Positions 1 to 11,045 of a stretch of DNA of 64,000 nt are shown piece after piece. The translations under genes and the position numbers were made by a program. Origin of the DNA: Vairimorpha necatrix (Eukaryota); assembly GCA_036630325.1 (NCBI GenBank), contig CP142731.1:558001-622000 (forward strand). The letters run 5' to 3'. The notes under the pieces were generated by a model. The model ran no database searches. It was not told where the DNA came from and saw nothing but the letters and a program-made list of their open reading frames with translations. Every line of letters begins with the position of its first letter. Position 1 is the stretch's first letter.

Positions 1-62
1 ACAACATTGATGATCTTAATAATAAGATCAATAGAATTTCAAAGTGGGCAGTTAATAACAGA

Positions 63-1199
63 ATGAAGATTAACTGCACAAAAAGCGGAGTATTAGAATG
101 GAATGCTCATTCTAACATACAAGAATTCCGAAGTTTATATTCTCTCAGTACAGACTTTGGTGTGATTGAAGAAGTCACTGAATACAGATATCTAGGTGTC
201 TTAATTAAAAGAAACACGCTAGAAGAACACTTGGTTAAAGACGCAGCAATGCGTGGCAAGAAAGCCTTGGACGCCTTGATGCCCAAGTTGATGAATAGCA
301 GCATCAATCTCTACTTCAAGGCGATCTTAATAAAATGTGTACTAGTACCCACACTAATGTATGGCAGTGAATTGTGGGGAATGTCAAGTACAAGAGCAGG
401 TAAGATTAACAGGATCTTAAGAAAATCTATCAGAATGATATTCAAAAGAGTATTAGTTCCACTAGATAGAGTAATGGACGAGTTCAGTATCGAACGAATT
501 CATATACAAGCAGCTTTGAGTAGATTCAGAGCATACAACAAGTGGAAACACAATAAGACAATCATATCGGATATAATCTCAATTAATCCGAAAGAAAGAA
601 AAACTACCTGGTGTTCAAGAACACAAAGATGGTTAAAACGATTTGTTGGCAACGAATACGAATCAAGTGATAGTAGATTTATCACTACAAAAATAATTGA
701 TGTACTAAGAAGTCGAAGAACTCTAAATACTTCTTTAGCTGCATCAATAGCAAACCAATATGACATAAGAAATTCACAAATAAAATATGTCATGAACAAA
801 ATAAACAATAGAAAAATTAGAACATATACTAGATTGAGATGTAATCTAGTAAAGTGGTCCTCAGCAATAGCATATTCAAAAAGAATACCAATGAGTTATA
901 GAAACAAATGCTTTTTGTGTGATGGACCACAAGAAAATTTAGAACACTTTCTGTTGGAGTGCGTCTGTTTTACTGACATTAGAACATCTTTTGAAAATAA
1001 ACTGCCTCTACTGACTTGTTCAAAAACAAATATCCGAGAAAAAACCAAACAACTCCTTGGTAATAAAATCGGACTAAAAAATAACCCAGATAAGATAAAA
1101 GAACTTTGTTGGACTATAGAGTTCTTAGATAGAATGGTTGTCTCTAGAAGAATTATATTTGAAAAGAAACTTAAAGAGATAACAAAACAGGATAATTAA
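63..1199 (+). CDS. LINE ORF2 C-terminal part (RT thumb + zinc knuckle), 5'-partial
   Basis: ORF track; YRYLG and CFLCDGPQENLEHFLLEC motifs. Confidence 0.9.
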   Translation: MKINCTKSGVLEWNAHSNIQEFRSLYSLSTDFGVIEEVTEYRYLGVLIKRNTLEEHLVKDAAMRGKKALDALMPKLMNSSINLYFKAILIKCVLVPTLMYGSELWGMSSTRAGKINRILRKSIRMIFKRVLVPLDRVMDEFSIERIHIQAALSRFRAYNKWKHNKTIISDIISINPKERKTTWCSRTQRWLKRFVGNEYESSDSRFITTKIIDVLRSRRTLNTSLAASIANQYDIRNSQIKYVMNKINNRKIRTYTRLRCNLVKWSSAIAYSKRIPMSYRNKCFLCDGPQENLEHFLLECVCFTDIRTSFENKLPLLTCSKTNIREKTKQLLGNKIGLKNNPDKIKELCWTIEFLDRMVVSRRIIFEKKLKEITKQDN

Positions 1200-1285
1200 T
1201 ATGAATAATTAAAAACAATAAAATCTAGAAATGGAAGAAAGAGATGTTATTTTACTAACAAGAAAACTTATATTTAATTATATTT

Positions 1286-1495
1286 GACCTGGGAGAGGTC
1301 GGGCATGATACTGATGCTGTATTGTTCCGCTGAACTGAGTCGTGTTCTTAAATGGTGTATTGAGCCAGGCGTTTTCGTTTTTCATCAGACTCATGAAAGT
1401 GGGTCTCTAGTCATATTATGACTAAGGATGTATCCTATGGGAACAAACTTTTCTCCTACAAGCGAGGCCGTTAAGGTATGCTGGCGTGTAAACGC
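1286..1495 (+). ncRNA. Conserved structured RNA in LINE 3' UTR (copy 1 of 4)
   Basis: Hairpins GACCT-GGGAG-AGGTC, GACTCAT-GAAA-GTGGGTC, TAGTCAT-ATT-ATGACTA, GCGT-GTAA-ACGC; pairing-preserving changes in other copies. Confidence 0.7.
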
Positions 1496-1615
1496 ACTTA
1501 TTGATGATTTTTTCTTTATTAGTGGAGTTTTTGGTGGCTTGGAGGCTTTTCTTCGTTTTGCTGATTCTGTCTTTTTTTTACAATAAACAATTTTATTTTA
1601 TTTTTTTTTTTTGAG

Positions 1616-2868
1616 ATGATGATAGAGAATCACTCAAAAGAATATGTAGAACTAAAGGATAAACCCTCCGATGTTCCAAATGATACCAGTAGCGAAACCC
1701 TTCAGTTAGCTACTGGAAACAATGATATTTCTAAATTAGAAATCATCAATGAAGATGTTTTAATTAATGTCAAAAATCTCCCATCTGCTGTCATAAATCT
1801 CGACACTGCTGTCAAAGTAGAAGAACAAGATAAATTGTCAGAAGATGGCAAAAGAAAATGTATAGATGTTTCAAAGGCATCTACAGATATTATAATTAAT
1901 AAAAATATTAAACCAAAAGATGGTAAGCTAGATATAGCTTCCATTAACAAAAAAGCAGTAGTTAGACATCTGTCAACTATCTCTGCTATTATAGCTGGTA
2001 AAAGAAAAGCTCCTAAGAATGGAGTCAAGCTTTTCCATATAAACGAAGACGGATGGACATCTGTCAAACACACATTCAAGCCTAAAGTCCAGATAGACTT
2101 GAAGAAAAACAGAAGTGGTAAAACCACAGATAAAACCAACTTTAATAGATTTAAATCACTTAAAGTAGAAACTGGTGGCAATGTAAAAGTGCCTAAAAAG
2201 ATTAATCATGAAGCTGTAAAGAGAAAAGATATCATTCCTAAAAAAAATCATGAAAAAAGAAGATTACTAAATCAGAAAATAAATTTTACAAAAAAACGAA
2301 GGACAGAAAAAATGAGAAATGTCAACAAAAAAGAAGGCCAGTTTTACCAAAGAAAAACTGGGCCAAAGAGCTAACTGAAGAAGCTCTTATGAAAATTATA
2401 AAGGATGGTAGAATTATTTCCAAATGTAAGTTTAGGCTAGCTCTTGCTTCTGGACTCGGATTAAAAGGGAAACCTCAATCTAGAGACGCTTGGGCAGCCT
2501 TAGCTGATGTGGAAAATAAAGAGATACCACTTATAAAACAATTTAAAGACTCGGAAGTAGTACTTCTGATGATTAGAGAACACGTGTGCCAAAAGGTACT
2601 AAGCAAGATTAAAGAAAAGTTCGGAGGTTCTAATATCTGCGATGAAGTTAATTTCTTCATCGACTTTTTGTCTTTAACAAAAACAACTGTTCTAGGAGAG
2701 CTGCAAAGACTCTCTGGAACGCATAAAAATTTTGTACCGCTTGTAAAAGCATGTTGGTACATAACTAAAGAATTAAATAAAGAAAAGCCAAACCATGGTT
2801 CTTTCATTTATTTAGAAAATATGATGGGTGAGCCTGCCCGAGAATCTAAGGACTTTAACAATGAATAA
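1616..2868 (+). pseudogene. LINE ORF1, partial and frameshifted
   Basis: ORFs 1616-2374 and 2389-2868 homologous to 11219-12170 and 12968-14180; stop overlaps ORF2 ATG at 2861. Confidence 0.75.
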
Positions 2869-5800
2869 AGTATCTTTGTTAAAGTCCTGTTATTATAGGA
2901 AATTATTTTCCTATAACAAGAGTGATATTTTCAAATCTCTAAATAAAAAAACTCATAATCCAATTGGATATAATAAAATAAAAAATACTTTCCAAACGAC
3001 AACGAGATTGAATAGTCTCAAGTATTTTTTCATTAGAAAGAATATGTGGTGGAAGAAAGTACAAGAACAATATTGTATTGTCAAGATACAAAGAATTCCT
3101 TATGGAGTGAAAGATCTCCTCAAAGACTTATGTAAGAAGAACTCTCTTTTGGAGAATTCCATTATTACAGCAAGAAAGTATAGACGAAGAGACACGTCTT
3201 TTACAAAAATAATAGTTGAAAAACTATACGCAAATTTATTGATTAAGACAGTTAAAGCTAAAGGCTTTAAAGTTTTAAATGATAATAGAAAAAAACTAGA
3301 GAAATCTAGTAAAGTAAATAAAAAGACCAAAGAGAACATAAAACTCTTAAGTCTAAACATTAATCATCTCTCTAATAAGAGAGAAGAACTTGAGTTTCTT
3401 CTTAAGAAGGAGAAACCAGAAATTATGTGTTTACAAGAAACTTGGAGACAATCTACAAGACCTTTGAAACTTGAAAAATACACTGCAGTTGAAACACCTA
3501 GTGGTGGAAAAAATAAACCAGGATTAATAACTCTGGTTAGAAATAATGGAGCGATCAGATGTTCCAAAAAAGGAACCGACTCAAACATTCTGCAAACTGT
3601 AGTTGAGTTTAGTTCCGCAGGCAAATGGATTAAGTATTTAGTCTTAAATGTCTACATACCACAAGACAAGGATCTCAAGAGGGAGACCTTGGCCAGATTA
3701 CTTTCTCTTTTAGAAAAAGAGAATTTCAGAAATAACTATAGTGAGATCATAGTGATGGGAGATATGAATATGCAGAGTTCTAGTCTCAAGAAAAAATTAA
3801 ATGTAGTTGGTTTGCCAGTTACAATAAAATATAACAGCAACGACGGTACAAGGATCCTCAAAGATGGTAAAAGATCTAAGAGGAGAATTGATACCATCTT
3901 TCGACTAAAAAGTAATGATAATGAGAAGATCATTATATCCAAGTCTTGGGTATTAAGTGATCACTTAGTGCTCAAAAGAAAAATTAAACTTGCCGTTGAT
4001 AAGATCTCAGATCAACTAGTTTATGATAAGAAAATGCTGGAAAATCCAAAAGTGATTAAAAAGCTTAAAAAGAAGTTGTGTAATCAACAATTAAACATGA
4101 ATAATCTTCCTGAGATTATTCAAAAAGTTTGTACATCTTTGAAGATTTACAAAAAGAGAAGAGTCCATACTGGACTTACAATGAGATGGAGATATTTAAA
4201 AGTCTTCACAGAAAGACGTCTAGCAGCAAGAGCTGTTATGAAAAATTATAATGAAATCAACTCAATTAGATTCGAATATCTCAAAAAGAGAGTAGACGAA
4301 ACTAAAAAGTTGATTCGCAAAGATAGATCGAAACTTTGGGCTTTGAGAGGAATAAAGCTCTTTAAAAGTAACAGATCCCGAGAATTCTGGCAATGGCTGA
4401 AAAATAGAAGTGTCTCCATTCGTTTGGATCAAGTGGCTCTAATTGACCACAATAAGATTCTTCAGACTTGCCGAGCAAAGAAGCTAGAAATAGCGAATAA
4501 ATTTTACGCTGATTTGGCGTCAGAGAATGATATAGATGTCAATGTCTATGATAAAGTAGATCTTGTTGATCTTCCCCCAGAGATAACAGATGAAGAATTT
4601 CTATCCGCACTGAAGAAATGTGGAAATAACAAAGCAGCCGGTCCTGATGAGATTCCAACCGAGCTATACAAACACTTACTGACTAGAGCAGTAGAAGATA
4701 AATTCTTTAAATTCATGCTACATGAATTTAATAAATATATTTGTGGAAATAGTCCTCCTGAATACTGGAGCATGGCAAACATGATTTGCCTCCACAAAAA
4801 AGGAGATGAGACAGATCTAAATAACTATAGGGGAATATCCTTAATTAACACAATTAGTAAGATCTATCTCAAGATAATAAATGACAGGTTAACTCAATTT
4901 GTCGAAGAACAAGATATACTCTCTAGATACCAAGCAGGATTCCGAGCAGGTGAAGAGTGTATGAATCAGATTACATCTCTATTAGAAATAGTGAAAAGAA
5001 GAGAATTCAGAGGCCTGAACACAATAATGTGTTTCATTGACTTTGAAAAAGCTTATGATAATGTAAGTCATGACTTATTATTTGAGAAGCTTACAAAACT
5101 TAATATCCCATTGTATTTAATCAATACAATAAAGGATATTTATAAATATACCACCATGCGTGTGAAAATTGGTGGTGACACGTCAAGTGGTTATAGCTAC
5201 AGAAAAGGAGTGAGACAAGGGTGCCCTTGTTCTCCAATGCTATTCAATATATTCATCAATGATATTTTTGACGGCATAGAAGGAGTTTTGATCCCAAGGT
5301 CAAATACGAGAGTTCCGGGACTGATGTTCGCAGATGATATTGTTGTCTTCGGAAACAACATTGATGATCTTAATAATAAGATCAATAGAATTTCTAATTG
5401 GGCAGTTAATAACAGAATGAAGATTAACTGCTCAAAAAGCGGAGTATTAGAATGGGCTGCTCATTCTAACATACAAGAATTCCGAAGTTTGTATTCTCTC
5501 AGTACAGACTTTGGTGTGATTGAGGAAGTCACTGAATACAGATATCTAGGTGTCTTAATTAAAAGAAACACGCTAGAAGAACACTTGGTCAAAGACGCAG
5601 CAATGCGTGGCAAGAAAGCCTTGGACGCCTTGATGCCCAAGTTGATGAAAAGCAGCATCAATCTCTACTTCAAGGCGATCTTAATAAAATGTGTACTAGT
5701 ACCCACACTAATGTATGGCAGTGAATTGTGGGGAATGTCAAGTACAAGAGCAGGTAAGATTAACAGGATCTTAAGAAAATCTATCAGAATGATATTCAAA

Positions 5801-5953
5801 AGAGTATTAGTTCCACTAGATAGAGTAATGGACGAGTTCAGTATCGAACGAATTCATATACAAGCAGCTTTAAGTAGATTTAGAGCATACAACAAGTGGA
5901 AACACAATAAGACAATCATATCGGATATAATTGCAATAAATCCGAAAGAAAGA
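2861..5953 (+). CDS. LINE ORF2 (APE endonuclease + reverse transcriptase), interrupted; continues 10148-10747
   Basis: APE motifs SLNIN, CLQET, GDMN, RID, SDH; RT motifs QAGFR, DFEKAYD, GVRQG, FADD, YLG. Confidence 0.95.
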
Positions 5954-8900
5954 TGTGGTATCTTTGTGCAGCACAGATCCACAAGAAGAATTGTTTGTTT
6001 GTTTACACAACAAACATATAAAACTATAAATATAATTTCAGCCCTTACCCATATATAAACAACAACAACGATGAACACCAGACGAACTAAACAGAAAACA
6101 ATCACAGGGAAGAACCCTATATCTAACAACATAAATAAAAAAATTGTAAATAAAAATATTTTAGAGACATACTTCGAATTAGGATATGTCAATTTGAGCT
6201 CAAAAGATGAGAACCTAAACGAAATAAAGATGAAACAAAAAACTGACCAAGAAACGAAATTAAAAGGATTAACCTTCTCAATGAAGATAGAAGGATTAGA
6301 ACATAATTTAACACAAGAAGTGAAAATTATAGAACAGATAGAAGTAATCGACATCATAAAATGGTGCGATGAATTTGAAAATTTGATAAATATGAACAAA
6401 TGGAACAAACAAATACAATTTGCAATACTAAAACAACTAATAAAAGATTCGAGATTAGTAGATTTTGAAAAGAATCAGTCTTGGAAAGAAATCAAGCGAT
6501 ATTTGATAGCTTTTAAGTTTCCGCCAGAGGAGCGTAGATATTATAGGAGAAAATTATTAAACATACATCAGACTCACTATGAAAAGATGCAAGACTATTA
6601 CGACGCAATCAAGGAGATTTTAGTAATTATAAAAACCATGGAACAGTTAACTGAAGCTGAAGTAGAAAAGTTATTCGACGAAGCCTTCCACGCAGGACTA
6701 GGAAAGTTTACATACGGTCGAGTAATAGAATATGGTCTAGGAACTTATCGGGACTCTTTTGAATTTTTGAAAAGTCTTGAGAACAAGATCAGAATCAGAG
6801 CTAAAGAGATGAAAGAAACACGCAACTCAGACAGTTACGAGAGCAAAAGCGTTTTCAAAAAAGACGACAATAATACGAATAAATTTACTGACAAATATTG
6901 CAAGTTTCACAAGCACTGTAATCACACAACAGAACAATGCACAAAATACGATAAGGATTTTTATAACAAACAGAAAGAAAAAAATCAGAAAAATAATTTC
7001 TATTACATCAAGGAAAAGGTGAATAACTTTGAGAAGACACAAATCAAGGGAAAGATAAACAATACAGTAATTGAAATAATGATAGACAATGGAGCTAATA
7101 GAAGTTTTTTGAGTGAAGAAGCAGCTAAGGAATTAAAACTTGACATGTATGAAACCGAAGAAGTAACACTCCAATTCGGAAACGGATCGACAGGACGCAC
7201 TCATAAGAAAGCCAGAGTAGCGATAAAATTAGAAGGAGTAAAGAAAAAAATTGAAGAAGACGTATACATATACAACGAACTACCTGTAAAAATGATTCTA
7301 GGCAACGATTTTTTGCTTAACAATGGCTGGCTACTGGATTACAAAAATAAGTGTGTAATGGTTCATAAAAATATGATACCTATGATAGGAGCTGATAAGA
7401 TCAATGAGGACGAAATGGATGCAATATTGTATGAACGAGTCTTATTGATCGAAGATGCTAAAATTGTGGAGAACTCGGAAATACCATACAAATTAAAAGA
7501 ATATGTGAAAAAGAATGATGATTATAAAAAAATCAACATAAAACCTATAAAACTATACATTGAGGATAAAATTAAAGACCATAAGTTAGACCTGAGATAT
7601 TATACGGTCCCATTAAAATACGAACAAGAAGCAAAGAAAGAAATATTACGACTTCTAAATAACGACATAATTGAAAGAAGCAGAAACTACTATGCGAGTC
7701 CTTCTTTCTTTATTGAAAAGAAAACAAAGGAACTAAGATTAGTAGTTGATTATAGAATAGTCAATAGATTCATCAAGGATGAGATATGCTTAATACCAAA
7801 AATTTTCGAAAACTTACTTAAACTCGGAGGAAACACGTTCTTTAGCAAGATTGATTTAAAGAACGGCTTTAACCAGCTGGAACTGGACGAATATAGTAGA
7901 GATATTACAAGTTTTACCATATTTGGAGAACAATACAGGTACAAAAGAATACCTTTCGGCATCAAATCTGGCCCTAAGTTGTTTCAGAAAACAATAAATC
8001 TAATACTAGATGGGATTGAAAAAATAATAATATATATAGATGATATTGTGATATATGGAGAGACACCTAGCGAACATAACCAGACCTTGTCTCAAGTATT
8101 AGATCGACTCTCTCTATATAACGTGAAAATAAACTTTGAAAAGAGTACGTTTGCAACAAGACGACTAGAAATATTAGGTAATATAATAGAAGGTAATCAA
8201 ATACGAATTGATACGAAAAATATAGATAAACTGATAAATGAGAATGCAACCCCAACATCTAAGAAAGAAATCCAAAAAATAATGGGAATAATAACATGGT
8301 ATCGTAATTTTATACCAGATGTTAGCAGAAGAATTGCTTGCATATCAATGCTGCTACAAGCAAATACTAAAGAAAAGTGGGGAGAACCTCAAACTAAAGC
8401 CTTAAAGGAGATTAAGCACGAAATAAAAACGTCAGCACAACTAAATTTACCAGATTTTAAAAGAGTATTTATTATACAATGTGACGCCTCAAATGAAGGC
8501 ATGGGAGCAGTTATTTTTCAGGCCCATGGAGTCATAGGGTATTACAGCAGGAAATTCAACAACACGGAGAAAAATTATACGATTGTCGAAAAGGAAATGT
8601 TTGCAATCATTAAAACATTAGAATTTTACAGAGTGCTTATTCTGGGATACAGAATAGAGATACAGACAGACAGTAGAAACTGCATTTTTGAAAATAAAAC
8701 GATATCTAAAAGAACGGAACGTTGGAAACTTTTATTGAACGAATACGACGTAACGGTACGCAACATTGAAGGTGCGACTAACCATATAGCAGATAAACTA
8801 TCAAGATGCTTTACGATTAAGCTTTCACACGACGAATTAGAGTATTACATAAAACGATATTTAAAAGAAAAAGATGGAAAATATCTATTAGACAAACACG

Positions 8901-10142
8901 GTAGATACATTGTGCATGAAGAAAAGGCCGATAAATTTATCGAAGAAATACACAAATTTACTGTACACCCAGGAGTGACAGTTATGTATCAGAATATTAA
9001 AAGAAAGTACAATATAAAAAACATAAAAAAGAGAATTTTGCAAGTTGTCAGCAAATGCATTGTTTGCATTAAATGCAAGAAAATCAAAACAAAGAAGAAG
9101 AAAAGCTTAAAAATAGAATCAGACCAATTAATGAAGAAGATAAGTACGGACATTTTTGGCCCGTTTGAAATAGTAGAGTACGAACACTCGTTACCTAATG
9201 AAAAAGCATTTTTTTTGACGATAACTGATATTTACAGTAGGTATACAAGAGTAATTTTAATGGAAAAAACAACTACTACAAAATTAATAAAGGAATTTAA
9301 AAAATGGATCGAAGATTTCGGTTGCCCACAAACAGTAATCTGCGACAATGGAAAGCAATACACCAGCAAAGAGTTTGATATATTTTTAGAAAAACAAAAC
9401 ATTAATAAGATTGCAACACCTATGTATCATCCTTCGTCAAATGGCATCAGTGAACGCCTAAATCAGACAATAGCAGAAGTGATGCGAATGTACAGAGGAG
9501 AAAATATAGCGAAAGTAACGAAAATGATTATGAGAAGATTGAATATCAACTTCCATAGAGGGATCCATGAACAACCCATAGCAATAGTAACCGGATATTC
9601 CCCGTTTGACTTAAACAAGCAGGTTGGAAAGCATGAACCGCACACTATAAAAAATATTGATAATAAAACAAGCAACTGGGAAATGACGAACAACGAAGAC
9701 ATTAATAGATTCAAAATTGGAGATAAGATCTTCTTGAAAAATTTTACAGGATCAAAAATTGATGATTGTTATTTAGGACCATACAAGGTCACAGTAGTTA
9801 GTAAGAAGGGAAGATGGCTAAAGATAAGTGGAAAAAATGAATGGATACACATTGACAATGTAAAAAGGATGACCAGCTATTGATTTTTGGTGGAAAGGGC
9901 AGATTGTGGTATCTTTGTGCAGCACAGATCCACAAGAAGAATTGTTTGTTTGTTTACACAACAAACATATAAAACTATAAATATAATTTCAGCCCTTACC
10001 CATATATAAACAACAACAACGATGAACACCAGACGAACTAAACAGAAAACAATCACAGGGAAGAACCCTATATCTAACAACATAAATAAAAAAATTGTAA
10101 ATAAAAATATTTTAGAGACATACTTCGAATTAGGATATGTCA
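5954..10142 (+). mobile_element. Ty3/Gypsy LTR retrotransposon, apparently intact, palindrome-PBS type
   Basis: 238-bp TG..CA LTRs 5954-6191 and 9905-10142, identical by eye; TSD AAAGA; PPT GGAAAGGGCAGAT; PR-RT-RH-IN order. Confidence 0.97.
6071..9883 (+). CDS. Gag-Pol polyprotein, single 1270-aa ORF starting inside the 5' LTR
   Basis: CKFH-x4-H-x4-C knuckle, IDNGA protease, YIDD RT, CDAS RNase H, HHCC + DDE integrase, GPY. Confidence 0.96.
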   Translation: MNTRRTKQKTITGKNPISNNINKKIVNKNILETYFELGYVNLSSKDENLNEIKMKQKTDQETKLKGLTFSMKIEGLEHNLTQEVKIIEQIEVIDIIKWCDEFENLINMNKWNKQIQFAILKQLIKDSRLVDFEKNQSWKEIKRYLIAFKFPPEERRYYRRKLLNIHQTHYEKMQDYYDAIKEILVIIKTMEQLTEAEVEKLFDEAFHAGLGKFTYGRVIEYGLGTYRDSFEFLKSLENKIRIRAKEMKETRNSDSYESKSVFKKDDNNTNKFTDKYCKFHKHCNHTTEQCTKYDKDFYNKQKEKNQKNNFYYIKEKVNNFEKTQIKGKINNTVIEIMIDNGANRSFLSEEAAKELKLDMYETEEVTLQFGNGSTGRTHKKARVAIKLEGVKKKIEEDVYIYNELPVKMILGNDFLLNNGWLLDYKNKCVMVHKNMIPMIGADKINEDEMDAILYERVLLIEDAKIVENSEIPYKLKEYVKKNDDYKKINIKPIKLYIEDKIKDHKLDLRYYTVPLKYEQEAKKEILRLLNNDIIERSRNYYASPSFFIEKKTKELRLVVDYRIVNRFIKDEICLIPKIFENLLKLGGNTFFSKIDLKNGFNQLELDEYSRDITSFTIFGEQYRYKRIPFGIKSGPKLFQKTINLILDGIEKIIIYIDDIVIYGETPSEHNQTLSQVLDRLSLYNVKINFEKSTFATRRLEILGNIIEGNQIRIDTKNIDKLINENATPTSKKEIQKIMGIITWYRNFIPDVSRRIACISMLLQANTKEKWGEPQTKALKEIKHEIKTSAQLNLPDFKRVFIIQCDASNEGMGAVIFQAHGVIGYYSRKFNNTEKNYTIVEKEMFAIIKTLEFYRVLILGYRIEIQTDSRNCIFENKTISKRTERWKLLLNEYDVTVRNIEGATNHIADKLSRCFTIKLSHDELEYYIKRYLKEKDGKYLLDKHGRYIVHEEKADKFIEEIHKFTVHPGVTVMYQNIKRKYNIKNIKKRILQVVSKCIVCIKCKKIKTKKKKSLKIESDQLMKKISTDIFGPFEIVEYEHSLPNEKAFFLTITDIYSRYTRVILMEKTTTTKLIKEFKKWIEDFGCPQTVICDNGKQYTSKEFDIFLEKQNINKIATPMYHPSSNGISERLNQTIAEVMRMYRGENIAKVTKMIMRRLNINFHRGIHEQPIAIVTGYSPFDLNKQVGKHEPHTIKNIDNKTSNWEMTNNEDINRFKIGDKIFLKNFTGSKIDDCYLGPYKVTVVSKKGRWLKISGKNEWIHIDNVKRMTSY

Positions 10143-10835
10143 AAAGAAAAACTACCTGGTGTTCAAGAACACAAAGATGGTTAAAACGATTTGTCGGCAA
10201 CGAATACGAATCAAGTGATAGTAAATTTATCACTTCAAAAATAATTGATGTACTAAGAAGTCGAAGAACTCTAAATACTTCTTTAGCTGCATCAATAGCA
10301 AACCAATATGACATAAGAAATTCACAAATAAAATATGTCATGAACAAAATAAACAATAGAAAAATTAGAACATATACTAGATTGAGATGTAATCTAGTAA
10401 AGTGGTCCTCAGCAATAGCACATTCAAAAAGAATTCCAATGAGTTATAGAAACAAATGCTTTTTGTGTGATGGACCACAAGAAAATTTAGAACACTTTCT
10501 GCTGGAGTGCGTCTGTTTAACTGACATTAGATCATCTTTTGAAAATAAACTGCCTCTACTGACTTGTTCAAAAACAAATATCCGAGAAAAAACCAAGCAA
10601 CTCCTTGGTAATAAAATCGGATTAAGAAACAACCCAGATAAGATTAAAGAACTCTGTTTTATTATAGATTACTTAGACAAGATGGTTGTCTCTAGAAGAA
10701 TTATGATTAATAACAAACTGAAGGAGATAACGAAACAAAATAATTAATATAGCTTAATTAAAAAAAATGAAAATCTAGAATTAGAAGAAAGAAGTGTTAT
10801 ATTATTAACAAAAAGACTTATATTTAATTATATTT

Positions 10836-11045
10836 GACCTGGGAGAGGTCGGGCATGATACTGATGCTGTATTGTTCCGCTGAACTGAGTCGTGTTCTTA
10901 AATGGTGTATTGAGCCAGGCGTTTTCGTTTTTCATTAGACCCGTGAAAGTGGGTCTCTAGTCATATTATGACTAAGGATGTGTCCTATGGGAACAAACTT
11001 TTCTCCTACAAGCGAGGCCGTTAAGGTATGCTGGCGTGTAAACGC
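10836..11045 (+). ncRNA. LINE 3' UTR structured RNA (copy 2)
   Basis: Homologous to 1286-1495; GACCCGT-GAAA-GTGGGTC variant keeps pairing. Confidence 0.7.

Larger units (their letters stand above)
1..1612 (+). mobile_element. Non-LTR retrotransposon (LINE) copy A, 3' part, cut by window edge
   Basis: RT C-terminus (YRYLG), CFLC-x8-H-x4-C knuckle, 3' UTR and T-rich tail; near-identical to copy B 5355-5953 + 10143-11157. Confidence 0.93.

Noticed and set aside
1327-1336. CCGCTGAACT matches an LSU rRNA motif
   Set aside because: Isolated 10-mer with no other rRNA similarity.
1372-1390. Minus-strand CTGATGA-AAAAC-GAAA resembling a hammerhead core
   Set aside because: No stem II, core broken in copies 2 and 3, and GNRA loops favour the plus strand.
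5954-6191. Tf1-type self-priming as explanation for the missing PBS
   Set aside because: No copy of the palindrome (its own complement) seen within this LTR.
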